Of a stretch of DNA of 64,000 bases, positions 27,937 to 41,836 are shown in pieces. Every line of letters begins with the position of its first letter. The first letter of the stretch is position 1. Under the pieces are notes generated by a model. It had not been told where the DNA came from and did not search any database. It worked only from the letters and a program-made list of their open reading frames with translations. The stretch covers positions 4,030,001 to 4,094,000 of the forward strand of contig CM022672.1 in assembly GCA_012295275.1 (NCBI GenBank), given 5' to 3'. A program made the translations under genes and the position numbers. The DNA comes from Chrysomallon squamiferum. Its lineage: Eukaryota; Animalia; Mollusca.

Positions 27937-30900
27937 AATTAATTTACAATAATATTCAATATTCAGTATTCATTACTAAAACAGACCAACTGAGCGATCC
28001 GTTTCGTCCAACCAGTTACACAGATCATATCTTTGTATGAGTTAACAAGTCTAAACGATCATCTTACCAAATAACGGTTTTCCAGTCATTTCTGACAAAA
28101 GAATCAAGCCGCTCCGAACAAGAGTTTCGTTCCGACACCGATACGCTCTTAAAACGTCATCTGACAACCAAAGACGACACTCAAATAGTGGGAGACCGAG
28201 CAGGCGGAAAGACAATGATCGGTAGCCGCCCGTGTTTACTACTGTTTGTCGTGTAGAATGCGTCACCTGTCCTTGTCTCAGTTGATCCAGAACGCTTGCC
28301 ACAACAGAACAAATGGTAAACAATCGAGGCCAAACATTGACTACTGTGATTTATCTTGCTTTACCGGCAGATTTGTGTGGTTTTAATTGCCCGAGCGTAT
28401 ATTATAAGCGACTGTTTCGTTCATGCCTGACCAAGCAATGTAATTTATGTTTTGAATGTGTCAAAAAAAAAAAAAAAAAAATTAAATGGAATACAAAATA
28501 TTCTTTGTTATTATAAATGAATAGAAGGTAGTTTTGTCGTATGCTGTTCAGTGTAACTCATACTTCTCATAATATTTATTTAACAGTATCCTAGCATAAT
28601 TATTTCCCCTTTCTAAATAAGATTAATTATGATTTTATATCTAATGTCAGAGCCTGAGATGCGCTTTCAGATATGCACTATAAACAATACATCATTTGAA
28701 TTTTTTGATATTCAGTCTGGAATGGAAAAATGATTTAACCTACAGTCTATCATGTAACAACGTGTTTTATATTTCATTGCAGTTGCAACAAATCTTTACA
28801 ATTACGGTTCCGCACACCAGTGTATTTAAGTTGTAAGTTGAACATTTCAAGAATTATCCCAGCAGTTCTTTCGATATAGTATGCTGTCATTCAAAATAGA
28901 AATAATATTAAATATAAATAAAATTTAAAAATAAAATAAAATAAATAAAAGATCATCAAAACAAACAAACAAACAAACAAATAAATAAAAAAAATAAAAA
29001 GAAACTAGAGCTCTAAAGTTTGTAGACAATAAAAATCCGTACATTTATACTGTTTTTAGACAGTTTCTGAAGAATAAAGTTTTATGGAAAATGCAAATAT
29101 ATGAAAGATATCGATTGAAATCCTGGGAGAATTTCTTTAAAGAAAACATCTTACAAAGGAATAATAATGGTACTACTACTACTAATAATAATAAGAAGAA
29201 GAAGAAGAAGAAGAAGAAAAAAAAGAAGAAGAAATGAAGAAATTAAATGCAACTAATGAATAACGAATGAAAGAAGATACAGTAAATCAGTTTTTACTAA
29301 TGATACAAAGTTTATTGGCATAATATCTTTAACTGCCACTATAGTTCTTTGACAGTTTCGTTGATCTAAAATTCGGTTTTAAATCATGATAAAAAAAGAA
29401 ATGATAATTATGATAAATAAATCTGAAAGTAAGACTGCTGTTTCTTATTTCACTAAGTCCCGTACATCAAAACATTAAATTTAATGCACTTAATTTTAGG
29501 TCGTGGTATAACTGAATTGGTTCGTGGATACTACAGTATATTTAAAATGTAAATGAAATTTTAGCTGATAAAATCAATGGGGAAAGAGAAGCTAAGTTGT
29601 ACTGGTGATAAATGTAACCATAAAGATATCTCTCTCTCGAATAAATCATTGCTGATTTCCCAACTGAATTTCAAACCTTGTAAGAGAAAGACATTTATTA
29701 GTCATGGTGTTTAGGTCTGACTTTGAAAAAACAAAGTTGCGTCTTTTATTTTACTTATTTTTATCTTTTACGTTGAAACAAACATGATGACAATAACAGT
29801 GTCTGTGGAAAGTATTTACTAGAAATTCTCTACAAAGAACTGACGGCTAAGTTATAACACCGAAAGTTACATACAATGCAGAAGAAAGAAGGCTGCCTTT
29901 CAGTATAAATAATCTGGTCGTTATAACAACTTTTACGTGAAGTTCAGTGTCCAGTCAGCTTTCACTGGATTATCATTCATTTATGTAAAAGTAATAACGA
30001 TGATGAGGCATGATTATTCTGGATTAATTCTTCTGCGGTAGCCAGTTCTCCACGGCTCGTTTTATCAAAAGACACGATATGTATTTTTTCCTTTGCTGCT
30101 GCAAGTACTGCTTGTAATCGCGGCTGAAGATTTTCTCCCTCATTTCATCATCATGTAAGAAACGTTAGTTTCACCAGATAATCGCTTTATATGAAAATAT
30201 GCTGCTGTGTTGTTAAACATTTAAACCATTTTAAGAAGAAGAACAAACAAAAAATGCAGCATTTTCACGATTAAATTAAAGTTAAGCACACGTTCACACA
30301 CTTAACATTATATTTAGGTATATATGTATGTTAAAATTTCTTTTCTTTTCACTCACGGGTGCCTTGAAAATGTATCACAGATTGCAGATACTTAAAGAAC
30401 ATATTTTGTAAATACGTTTACTTCTTATTTATAGATATTATTATCAGTCTGGGAATGCTCGAAATCCATATTTTTATTCTTTATAATTCATCTGGGACCC
30501 GATGGGTTTCAGAAAATGTCCGCATTACAGCAGTGCAGTTCATTCGTGCATCAGATGATTCTGACTGTCATCTAAAATCAGTACATGAGCACCGAAACCG
30601 CTGAGTAATTAAGAGACGTAGAATGTCACTGGGTTATTCGTGTTGTCGTGGATGGGCTGAAAATTCCTCGGTACACACTGCATTAATTTGATTAGAAATA
30701 CAGGAAGTTATGTTGAGGTTTCAAGTGTGATTTATTCTCATATTTCGTGTTCAGCATATCGTTGGAAGAAAAAAAAGGAAAAAAATCAGGGAAAAAAAAA
30801 CCGAATAAAAAACGAACAATACAAACTATGATCACGTGTCATCTACTTATACTAGATAAAACAAAATGCAAATTTTAGTTTTGTTTTATCATCAGGACAC

Positions 30901-30993
<93 letters not shown>
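30901..30993. repeat. (ATT)n(GTT)n microsatellite
   Basis: Direct reading. Confidence 0.95.
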
Positions 30994-30995
<2 letters not shown>

Positions 30996-31593
30996 TTATT
31001 AGTAGTATTAACAGGCCTGCACACTTTTTTCTCCTCCAGTTTATTCTCTTTTGAATGTAACACTAAATTTGTTTCGGTTTGTATGTTGCCGACACGGATA
31101 CTAACATTAATTCTTTAAACACACTTATGTTTAATGCATGCGGCGATGAATTTAATTCCTTATTTTATTTGTCAAATCTAATATATGGTCAATATGATTA
31201 TCGTTAAGTTGACATGTGCGATATATCTGTGTTAGGATATGAAAAAACGTCCTGCGATATAATAACCTAAGTTTGTCAGCACTATTACAAACATCCAAGG
31301 TATTTTCTTCACGCCTTTTCCTGCCTTAAAATAGCAGTCAGCTTTTGAAAAAAAAAAAAAAAGAGTCAATATTGAAAATATATTTCAGTGCACTCCACAA
31401 ACATTAAGAAAAGGAAGAGCCACGCTTAAGAAGAAAAAAATAAAAATATAAAACAAATACTATGGATATGAATTATGCTAGGCACGATGGGAAAATAGTA
31501 CAGAAACATATATTTAGGAAATCAGAATTATTGAGGTTACACCCAATGTTTATTCAAACCATAAACTATTGTATACGCCTTTCTACATATAAT

Positions 31594-31677
<84 letters not shown>

Positions 31678-32903
31678 AACAGATTATATTTAGGCCTCAT
31701 ACACTTCCAAAACTAACGTAAATTTGCATTCAGCTTAATATTTAAAGCAAAGAAAAAATATTCAACGAATTAATTTAATATTCGTATTCGCGGAAACAAG
31801 TTTTATGGTTTGTTTGTCTTCATACGTTGTCATTTTATTAATAATTATTACAACTACGGATTGTTTAATTATGAATTCATTATAACTAGTTAGATCATAA
31901 AGTGCTCATAGTGAAATAAAATAACATTGAATACTGCATAAATACAGTGTTATCCAGTTGTTTTTCCTATTTTTTCTTTTGAGTTATTCGAAAACTATTT
32001 TCTTTGTAAATCAAACATTATTCATATACTGAATTTCAAACAAGGTTCGCATGTCAAGGTTTAAAACATCTCGCATGGAGCTATGACGGAGTTTGGAACT
32101 TTCCGATTTGACGAATGTGACTGTGACTATGAGTACATATGACTTTTATGTAAATATTTATATATTTGTGGGTTGTTTTGGGTGTTTTTTTTTTTTTTTT
32201 TTTTTTTTTCATATGTGGTTATCAGTAAAATAATAATAAATAAATAAATAAAGAAACAAATAAATAAATGAATATAATGGTATAAAACGTATTCACAGTG
32301 TCAAACGCTTGGAAACTGAACATTCATATTCTCTATTATTATCGAAAGCAGGGTTGTTGGTAATGTAATAACTACTCAAACTAACAGTAATAACAAACAA
32401 CCTACCTACCTGCACTAGTAAAACGCATCCACTCGTCTTCGCAGTATTTACGATATGCAAATATGAAACACTTTTTACCCGCTAACTCCCAAGTTGAAAA
32501 CTGACGTCTGCTACAAATCCTGTTATATATGAAGAAAGAGGGCGCTGCGCTGACAGACACGGATGGAAGAACGTGTTCTATTGATCGAGCAAGTCGTGTT
32601 TCCGGGATAAAAGTTTTCCGTCGCCGGCCAATGAAACAGTGTTCTCTACAGTATTTCAGTTAGAATAGTAGCTACTTGTACCTGAGGCACGGACACAGAG
32701 GAAAGCACAACTTTTTTTTTTTTTTTTTTTTTTATGACACTTGGGATATTAGTTCCTGTAAAATGAGATACTTACAACAGTTGTGATAGTACATACTATT
32801 TCAAAATAAATTAAGTTCGTTTCTCCCTCTTATTTACCTTTTAACCAAAACAAATAACTGTTATTCTTAATAGTAATAAAATGTTTCCTGTTTTCTGTTC
32901 GAT

Positions 32904-32904
<1 letters not shown>

Positions 32905-32993
<89 letters not shown>
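32905..32993. repeat. (AAT)n immediately followed by (ATT)n, an inverted microsatellite
   Basis: Direct reading. Confidence 0.95.
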
Positions 32994-32995
<2 letters not shown>

Positions 32996-33102
32996 AATAA
33001 ATAAATAAATAAACATTATTAAATACAGGGTCTTTCGTTTTTATTTATTCTTTATTTAAAGATAAAGCATAATTAATTTTACTAATTCAAAATAATATTA
33101 AC

Positions 33103-33167
<65 letters not shown>

Positions 33168-36100
33168 GAAAAAAAATGCACTGCTCCTCATCAGCTGATA
33201 AGGTTAAGGGCTTGGTTCTACATGACATCTACACACATTCCTTCACGGTGTCGTCTGCTGCCTGCATCAGTCACGTGCTTCTAGTACCAATTCAAACACA
33301 GAGAGATGCAGAATCCTCAGCAGGAATTCTTTTAAAACTGTGAATGGACCCGACAACTGCAAAGACTGCGGAGTCACGTTGTAATTACATTCGAACTTTA
33401 CCTTTGCATTCCTTTGAAATTCTGTTGTGAATGATTTACAGAAATATACATTTACAGCGGAAGAGAACATAATTTGTAGCATTTTAATATGCCTAACTTC
33501 CTTTCAGCAGAATTCGTTGGTACAAGAAAAATATTTATTGATGTTGATGTTAGTGGTTTAAAGGAAGACAGCATTCACTGACTGTTTAATGACAATTCAG
33601 TATTTTTAAATATTAATGTTGCTCTATCAATTAGGATAAAACATTTATTTTCTCTCTGTCTGCGTGGGTGCGTCAGTGTGTGTATGCGTCTGAATCTGTG
33701 TCTAAATTTGCATAAGGTCATTTTGCTGTGCACCTTTTATTTATCTGTTTTAGGAATGTATGTAACAAAACTGTTTCTGCTGAACATCAGTAGCTAATGG
33801 GGAAGAAACAAATCGAATGTAAACTTTTCCCTTATTACCACTCAGAATACCTAAATGTAAACTAGGCCCACAGTGTGAACATCACGACAGTGACCTTCGC
33901 GTTTGACCGTCAGTTTGTTCCACAGAACTTGCAAAGCCGCGAGCAAACGATCAGAATTTACTTGTTAAATCGACAGGTGAACACGGCGCAGGAAATCGTG
34001 TAGAGACCACAGGAGAACTTGTATACATGCACAGGACACAAAATGTGGTCAATAGTCCGCACGCACTTTTAAATGACCTTGACCATATACTTTGTGTCCA
34101 CCCTGTATAACAACGTACGTAGTACTGTTTTGGGAATATCTAAAATCTTGAAATTCGTTTGCTCGGCTATACGAACAATTGAGTTTCAGGGCCTTTAAGT
34201 TCTTCTTTTTAGTTTTACTTATACAATAATTTATTAGAAAGATAGTTACAAAAATAAATAAATAAATGAAGAAAGAAATAAATAAAAATAAGAAATAATA
34301 ATTTAAAAAATAAACATCGGTAGTTAGACGTAAGATCATAATAAATTATTTATATATAGATAAATCAATACATGAAAATAAAAAGTAAAAAATTTGAATA
34401 ATATTGTTTTCTTTATTATTTTTATTATTATTATTATTTATATTAGAATTTTTTTTTTTTTTTTTAATTGCCTTATCTAACAGACAATCAAAAGAAAAAC
34501 CTGATGATTAATATTTAATGACAGTATCGATGAATTAATTAATTATTAATTATCTGCGACAAAGACAGTAACTAGCTAATTAACTAGACAATTCACATTT
34601 GTAGGTCTGCTTTAACAGAAAACAAATTCTGAACTTGTTCGAAACATTAGATCTCTGAACATAGTTTCAAAATAATGAGAAAAGCATCACTGAATTTCGC
34701 TAACATTATTTCCTTAAAACTGTTGCTGTTATGTTATAACCTTCTTTACTGAATAGTAAATCTTTTTGCGCATTTCACGATGCAAACTTAACAAAAGTGA
34801 AATAACATAATTCTCAGAAGATAAAGAAAGACGGCAGTTATATACCCTTTCGTTGTTCTCTAACTGTAATTGTAACATACAATTTACAAAATTAACTAAA
34901 CCAATCTATTCAGCAGTATTGTCCAAACATTTTAAAGCTTTGTAATTAACTAATTCGTTTGACCGTTTTAATTAATTAATTAAAGCAATTTATCTTGGCT
35001 TTAGAAAATATTTTCAAAATATTCATGGTATATTGGATGTTCCTTGAAGATGTAATGCCAAACAACTCATTCTGTTATCCAAAAAAAAACAGAAAAAAAA
35101 CGTCAGAGAAATAGTGTGGTCTACATCAGATGCCAAGCCAAGGCAGAAGTTGCTATAAATATACGTTAACTGAGGTAAAATGTCTTTAACGTATGCCAAT
35201 AGTGACTGATGCCATGTGGATTCGTACGACAGAACCATTTAAAAAAAAAAAAAAAAAGAAAGAAAAAGAAAAAAGAATTGTAGAATAAGAAGATGATGAA
35301 AATACCACAAATGTTTACGCAAACACCGATTTCATTGTCAATGGCGAGGAAAACGCCAAACAAGATTAAACGCCCCAAATCCACACCAAAACATTGGAAG
35401 GAAGCAAATCGCAGAAAAAGCCGGATAAATTGATTAGTTAAGATTGTCAGATTGTAACCTTGGTTCTGTGGGACACGAGAAAATATTGGCCCAGCAGGTG
35501 TCCGTGTTTACGAAAGTAAACACATTTTTTAATTTGACTGAAGATGGCGACAACGGTTCCTGCATACTGTGTGGACGTGGTAAAACTAGAAAATATTGAA
35601 TTTTAAAAAAACACAAGGATACGTCTACAAAGCAGAATATTTATATACCTTAAAGATGACCTTCATTTTATTATTATTTGGGGTGATAAAAAAATAATAA
35701 AATTAAAAAAATAAATAAATAAATAAAATTAATTTAAAAAACAAAAAACAATGAGACTGAATTTTTATTTTTTTATTTTCACGGGTTCCTTTGTGTGTTC
35801 ATGTTTAATAACATTTTATTTTGTTGTTTTTGTCGTTATTATTATTAATTTTTTTCTACATTTATAACCTTTCCAATTAATTCTCAGTCAAAGAATCAAA
35901 TCAAAATAAGCTACTGTTTTTCTTACTGTTCTTAAATACACTTTTCTATCCAATAAAATGATTAAGACGTGCACAGCTTCATTATTATTTTCGTTTGACG
36001 TAATATGAAGCCATCTAACCAGACTGGTATAGTTTATGCTGATTAGCTAGATGTTAGGTGGTCACTGTTGTAGTGATGCATGCACACCACCAGAATGGAT

Positions 36101-37054
36101 GTTGCCAACATAGTTGTCATCGCCGATATCGTAGTCATATTCACCTCCGTTTATTAGTATTTTTGGCGAAAACACAAACACACCCTTTTCGTTTTATTTA
36201 TATAGATTTAGAAACATATAAGCATATGATTATCAAAGTTAGAATTATGGTTAAGTCAAGCGTTAACTACACTTAAAAAACAAAAAAAAAATAATAGGAT
36301 ATATTATAGTCAGGATCTGGTTTAGAATAAATGCTCTTGTGTGTTTTATAAATCCTGTGCAGTTTGAATTTTATTGTAATTTTTATGTTGATATTACTGA
36401 TGATTAATCAACAAAAAGACATTTTGTCAAAGGTAATTCAGTATTGGATTTCTCCTTCAAAGTTAAAAATCACTGAAATAATCAGTTAAATACCTATTAT
36501 AAATAAATAAATAATCCCCGAAAACAAAAACCAATGAAATTTTTAAAGTTTAATTTGAATAATGGTTATATGGGTTAACACAGATCAAATCAATAAATAA
36601 AGTGTATGTTTATAAGAAGATAACATCACAGCATAAATAAACTGCAAACAACTAGATGGTATTTATGATATTTAAAAAAATATATAACAAAAACAATAAA
36701 TGACTATATTTTGGCTTTAAAAATAAATAATATAAAATATATCACAAATTTTTCATAAAATTTCCAAATTTATCATTCTTTTAAAAATAATTACAGGGAA
36801 AAACTAATACTGATAAACTATTAAGCTAAAATATATCACATACTTCGACAATATTAATCACACAAATCATAAACTTTTTAAAAGGGTTTTCTTTTGTTTT
36901 ACTATGCTAATGTTCTTTGGGTTTTTTTTATTGTTGTTGTTTCATTATTACTATTTTATTATGATCTTTTCTTCTTTTTCTTTTTGATTTCCTTTGCACT
37001 GCATTCCTATGATGTTTCATGTAAGAACATCTGAAACTATTGATTTATTTAAAA

Positions 37055-38404
37055 TCACTTTCCGGCAGTTGGATCTTCTGATTCAGAAGTTGTTTGTGTT
37101 ATCTCTTCAGGCACTGCAATACTATCCTCAGATTCTGTTACTGTGTCACCAACAATTGCTGTAGCTTCCTCAGGCACTGTTGTAGCTATTTGAGATGCTG
37201 CTGTAATTTCATCAAGGACTGCTACAGCTTCATTAGTTGCAACAGTGGATGTATGAGGTACCTCTGGAGTTTCTTCAGTAACTTGGTAACTCGAAGTACT
37301 GTCTGTATCAGTTGTTTCTGAAGGTGTGTCTGGCATTTTTGAACCATCCACTACCTGTGATTCCATTTCCCCAACATTAGGATCTTGCAAAATTTCGTCA
37401 TTATGCTCATCTGATTCTAGATCAACTTTAGATCTGGATGTAATATCTCCAGGATCGCTGGTAAAATCACATTCACTTGCTGTATCTATTGTTATTGTTG
37501 GAACAGTCAAACATGTTCTAGTTGCTTCAATTTCATCCCGTATATTTTCAACTGTTTCTGAATGAGCTGCAGCTTCACTATCATCAGCTGACTCAGAGGA
37601 AGAACCACTAAAACTTTCAGACTTAAAGTCTTCAGATTTAGAGGAGCTGTCTTTGATAATCAAATTCAGAATTGATGATCCTGAAGAATCTTGTGAAATA
37701 TATGAACCATCTCCAGCAACTTTACCCTGAGAAGATTCAGCTGGAGGATCAAGAGCTGAGAAACCACGATCTATCTGATCCAGTAGTGGCAACATGTCGG
37801 AGTAACGAGCATCCAGACCTAGAAACGTCCTCATTGATGATGAAGCAATTTTGTCCCTTTCTATCTGAGTGTCTCTACTGAGTAAAGCTTTTCGCTGAGA
37901 TGCTCTGCCCATGCTCATTCTAGACAGTCTGCCAATGTCATCAATGGACATTACAGAGTTAGCATATACTCCTGCCTTTGTGGACAAGTTGCTTGATGTC
38001 CTCACTTCTGACACTTCCAACAATGGAATGGCGTTTGATGCTTTCTCTTCATCATCTTCAGCATTTTGATTTTCATTAGTTGATTTAGTACCATCTCCAG
38101 ATTTACCTGAGGATGTAAGGTCTGATGTTCCTGGTTGAGACTTTGATGCTGAGGAAGCCAGTGACTTTCCTGAAATGGTTCTTGATTTTGAAGACTCTGT
38201 GAAGTTTTCTCTTGACATGTTCTCATTTGTATCTTCGCGAGTCATTATGTCCTCCAGTTCTTTGTCAGCTGATAATGAAAAAGCTGTACTTTCTCTGCTT
38301 GGCTGTGGACTTCCCACAAAGTCTTCAGTCTTCATCACTGCAGATTTTAAGCTGTCTCTTCGACTTAGTTCATCAAACATTACTTCTGATTGTTCTTTAA
38401 CTCT
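37055..38404 (-). CDS. HEATR4: HEATR4 terminal coding exon (long acidic Ser/Thr-rich tail)
   Basis: Acceptor ttacag|AGA, phase 0; RVKEQSEVMFDELSRR...EDPTAGK*; joins in frame to the exon ending ..DKELE. Confidence 0.8.
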   Translation of the reverse strand, partial: RVKEQSEVMFDELSRRDSLKSAVMKTEDFVGSPQPSRESTAFSLSADKELEDIMTREDTNENMSRENFTESSKSRTISGKSLASSASKSQPGTSDLTSSGKSGDGTKSTNENQNAEDDEEKASNAIPLLEVSEVRTSSNLSTKAGVYANSVMSIDDIGRLSRMSMGRASQRKALLSRDTQIERDKIASSSMRTFLGLDARYSDMLPLLDQIDRGFSALDPPAESSQGKVAGDGSYISQDSSGSSILNLIIKDSSSKSEDFKSESFSGSSSESADDSEAAAHSETVENIRDEIEATRTCLTVPTITIDTASECDFTSDPGDITSRSKVDLESDEHNDEILQDPNVGEMESQVVDGSKMPDTPSETTDTDSTSSYQVTEETPEVPHTSTVATNEAVAVLDEITAASQIATTVPEEATAIVGDTVTESEDSIAVPEEITQTTSESEDPTAGK

Positions 38405-40097
38405 CTGTAATAAATAAAGATTTATAAGATTCATTAATCCAGACATTCCTATCAGCTCAGTTTTTATTAAAAAAAAAAAAAAACATGCATTAAAAAACAA
38501 CTTTAAAAACAATTAAAACAAAACTGTGCACAAAAACCCCATGCAAACAAACAGAAATCATTCTAGATAAAAAATTAATTAACATTGGAATTCTAATTAA
38601 ACATCTTTACAGACTGTTTCTGTACCACAAAATACATTAGCAAGTTTTACTGTTAATGATAAAAATTAGTTTTTGTTCAATGAATTTGATTCAAAGAATA
38701 AATAAATAAATAAATAAACAAATAGATACACCTGACATAAGATGTTCTTATTCATATAATTACATACATATAAACTTATTAATAATAAATCCAAATTGCA
38801 TTACATTTTAGACTAAATTTATGATCACACTTTTGAAATGCAAACTAAACTTAGCTTAATTCAAATCATTAAAACACATCATATAAATATATTATTAACA
38901 TTAGGCAGGCTTATGAAATTTTATTTAAACAATTACAACAAATCAAATCAGTTACAGGATTAAATTCAAAATATAACACTGATAAAACAATTTCCAGATG
39001 TTTATTTTTCTTAAAGTATTTATTACCATAAATATCTGAAAGAGATGAATGCAAGTTAATATAAAACCTGTAAACAATATTACTGACATTGTCAGTTAAT
39101 GTAAGCAGTCATATTTGTGTGCATCATTTCTTTTTTAATGAATCTGCCAGTGATAAACTGATTAACACACTTCATCTGTTAGCCTCTTTTTAAAAAGAAT
39201 GTATCATTTGTAATCTTTATGAAAGAGATGGACCTTTTTCACTGAATGTATATGTAGTAAGAACTGAAAAGGTACAAATGTACAAAAAAAAAACCCACAC
39301 TTTGTAAAATCCACATAAATAAATTTATAACAAATAATAATAATCTTTAAAAATGACATACCGTAATTTAATTCTGATTGTTATTAGGCTTTATTCACAT
39401 CATTTTGTAACATGCAAAGGAAATTTGTGGCCAGTATACTATGGGCAATTCTTATCAAAACCAGCAAGAAAAGTATATGTTATATCATTTGATATTCCAG
39501 TACGAGACTGAATGTGGACAGTACAAGTGTTCCAATGGTTTTACATATTTTATCCTGAGAAAACACATACTTGTGAAGAATTCATAATGAGGAATTAGAC
39601 TGAGGGATGCTTCAAATGTGGTATTCTGAGCTATAGCTGGCTCATTTGGAATTAAATTTCATAAAAGAGTAGAACCAACCAACAAACAAACAACAATAAT
39701 AATAACTAAAAACAAAAAAAATGAAACAACAACCAACCCCTCCCCATCAAAGAAACCTGTTATATAATTATTTAATATATATATATATATAAATGGCTAA
39801 GTGGAAAACAACAAAAGTAACAAACAAATAAAACAAAAACAAAGTGCAACATTATTGACATGATGTTTATCAATGATCAATTATCAGGTCATGATACATC
39901 TTATCCAACAAACTGTATAATTATTGGTCACTTGTGTTATTGGTTGCACTTTGTGTAATTATAATAAAAATTCAGCCAATTCAGTATATATATATATATA
40001 TATATATTTTTTTTAAATATTTTAATTTTAATTTTAACAGAATAAAATAAAATAATAACAAAAAAAAAAAAAAAAAAAAAAGAGAAAAACATGATAC

Positions 40098-40205
40098 CTT
40101 CATTTCATTAGTAACAGAAGTAGTAACATATAACTTGTGTCTTTCAAGGTTAAGAGATGACTCTGAGGCAAGGTTAAGATAAAGATTTGTTCTTTTAAAA
40201 AATCG
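40098..40205 (-). CDS. HEATR4: Possible 108-nt cassette exon of HEATR4
   Basis: ttttttacccag| ... AAG|gtatca, phase 0-0, open frame RFFKRTNLYLNLASESSLNLERHKLYVTTSVTNEMK. No homology support. Confidence 0.35.
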
Positions 40206-40769
40206 CTGGGTAAAAAAAAGTAAATAAATAAATAGATAAATAACTAATAAATATATGAATAAATAAATAAATAAATAAATAAATAAAATATAAAAATAAA
40301 CAAGTAAGTAAAGACATGGGGAAAAAAATTTAAAAACATTAAAAGCACAGTTAAATTAAATCATCACTCTAGTACGTATTAAAAATAATGAATGGATATT
40401 TATTGAAACTAATTTTTAATACAAACGGTACTCATAATTTACTTGTATGATGATACCAGAGAGCAAATCCTCTGTTCATGTTCCTTTGTCACTGGTCAGT
40501 TGCAAGGATTTTTTTCTATATGCATTAACTGCAGTAACCTTTGCAAGCACAGGTTTACATGAAAAGTAATCTTAATCCAACCATTTAAAATTCAACAATT
40601 ACAATATAAGGAAATGTTGTATGAACAAGAAGAGGTGATTCATGCAAATATTAATGATTTGACTAACTTGATATATTAATTACTGACAAGCAGAAGTTAT
40701 TAATATGATATTTTCAGTAAACATTATGATGCTTGATTAGGTGCATGACATTAATAAAATGCTGTACTA

Positions 40770-41470
40770 AGCATACAGTGTTAACATGTTGCATTACCAA
40801 GCACATAGTATTAACATGATGCTTACCATGTATGTAATACTAACATGATGCATTACCAAACACATAGTATTAATATGATGCTTACCATGTATGTAATACT
40901 AACATGTTGCATTACCAAACACATAGTATTAACATGATGCTTACCATGTATGTAATACTAACATGATGCATTACCAAACACACAGTATTAACATGATGCT
41001 TACCATGTATGTAATACTAACATGTTGCATTACCAAGCACATAGTAATAACATGATGCTTACCATGAATGTAATACTAACATGTTGCATTACCAAGCACA
41101 CAGTATTAACACAATGCTTACCATGTATGTAATACTAACATGTTACATTACCAAGCACACAGTATTAACATGATGCTTACCATGTATGTAATACTAACAT
41201 GATGCATTACCAAACACATAGTATTAACATGATGCTTACCATGTATGTAATACTAACATGATGCATTACCAAACACATAGTATTAACATGATGCTTACCA
41301 TGAATGTAATACTAACATGATGCATTACCAAACACACAGTATTAACATGATGCTTACCATGTATGTAATACTAACATGATGCATTACCAAACACACAGTA
41401 ATAACATGATGCTTACCATGTATGTAATACTAACATGATGCATTACCAAGCACATGGTATTAACATTATG
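40770..41470. repeat. 59-bp minisatellite (30+29 bp dimeric unit), ~12 copies, in a HEATR4 intron
   Basis: acatgatgcattaccaaacacatagtatta + acatgatgcttaccatgtatgtaatacta; the register shifts 1 nt per 60-nt line. Confidence 0.95.
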
Positions 41471-41640
41471 CATTAAAATGTTTGTTATATTAACATGATG
41501 TATAATCAAGCATTTAGTATTAAAACAACACATTATACATGGTGTGTTATCAAGCAAGGCAACCTGCTGTTTATAAAAATATAACATTAATATTTTTGTG
41601 TATCTGCTATATTTAGTTGTTCTCTAAATGTCAGAATTAC

Positions 41641-41836
41641 CTCTAGTTCCTTGTCTGACTCATAAATTAATCGAGCAATATTTTCCCTCTTCGTTTCATC
41701 CATTTCATCCTTCATGATGTGTGTTGCAATGATGTTGCGGGTGCACAGTTTGCGCACCTCCATCTTAATCTGGGCCACCATGTCCATGTCATCTGAGCTG
41801 TTTACACCAAACTTATACAGTGCATCAAGCATTTCA
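41641..41836 (-). CDS. HEATR4: HEATR4 exon
   Basis: (D)EMLDALYKFG..DMVAQIKMEVRKLCTRNII..DKELE; tttcag| and |gtaatt; phase 2-0. Confidence 0.9.

Noticed and set aside
28051-28323. 90-aa minus-strand ORF with an internal donor site
   Set aside because: Non-ATG start and no homology; treated as a non-coding island.
39362-39554. Splice-site-flanked segment in the last HEATR4 intron
   Set aside because: Stops in all three frames and no support as an exon.
40770-41470. CRISPR-like periodic array
   Set aside because: No unique spacers and a eukaryotic intron context; it is a minisatellite.
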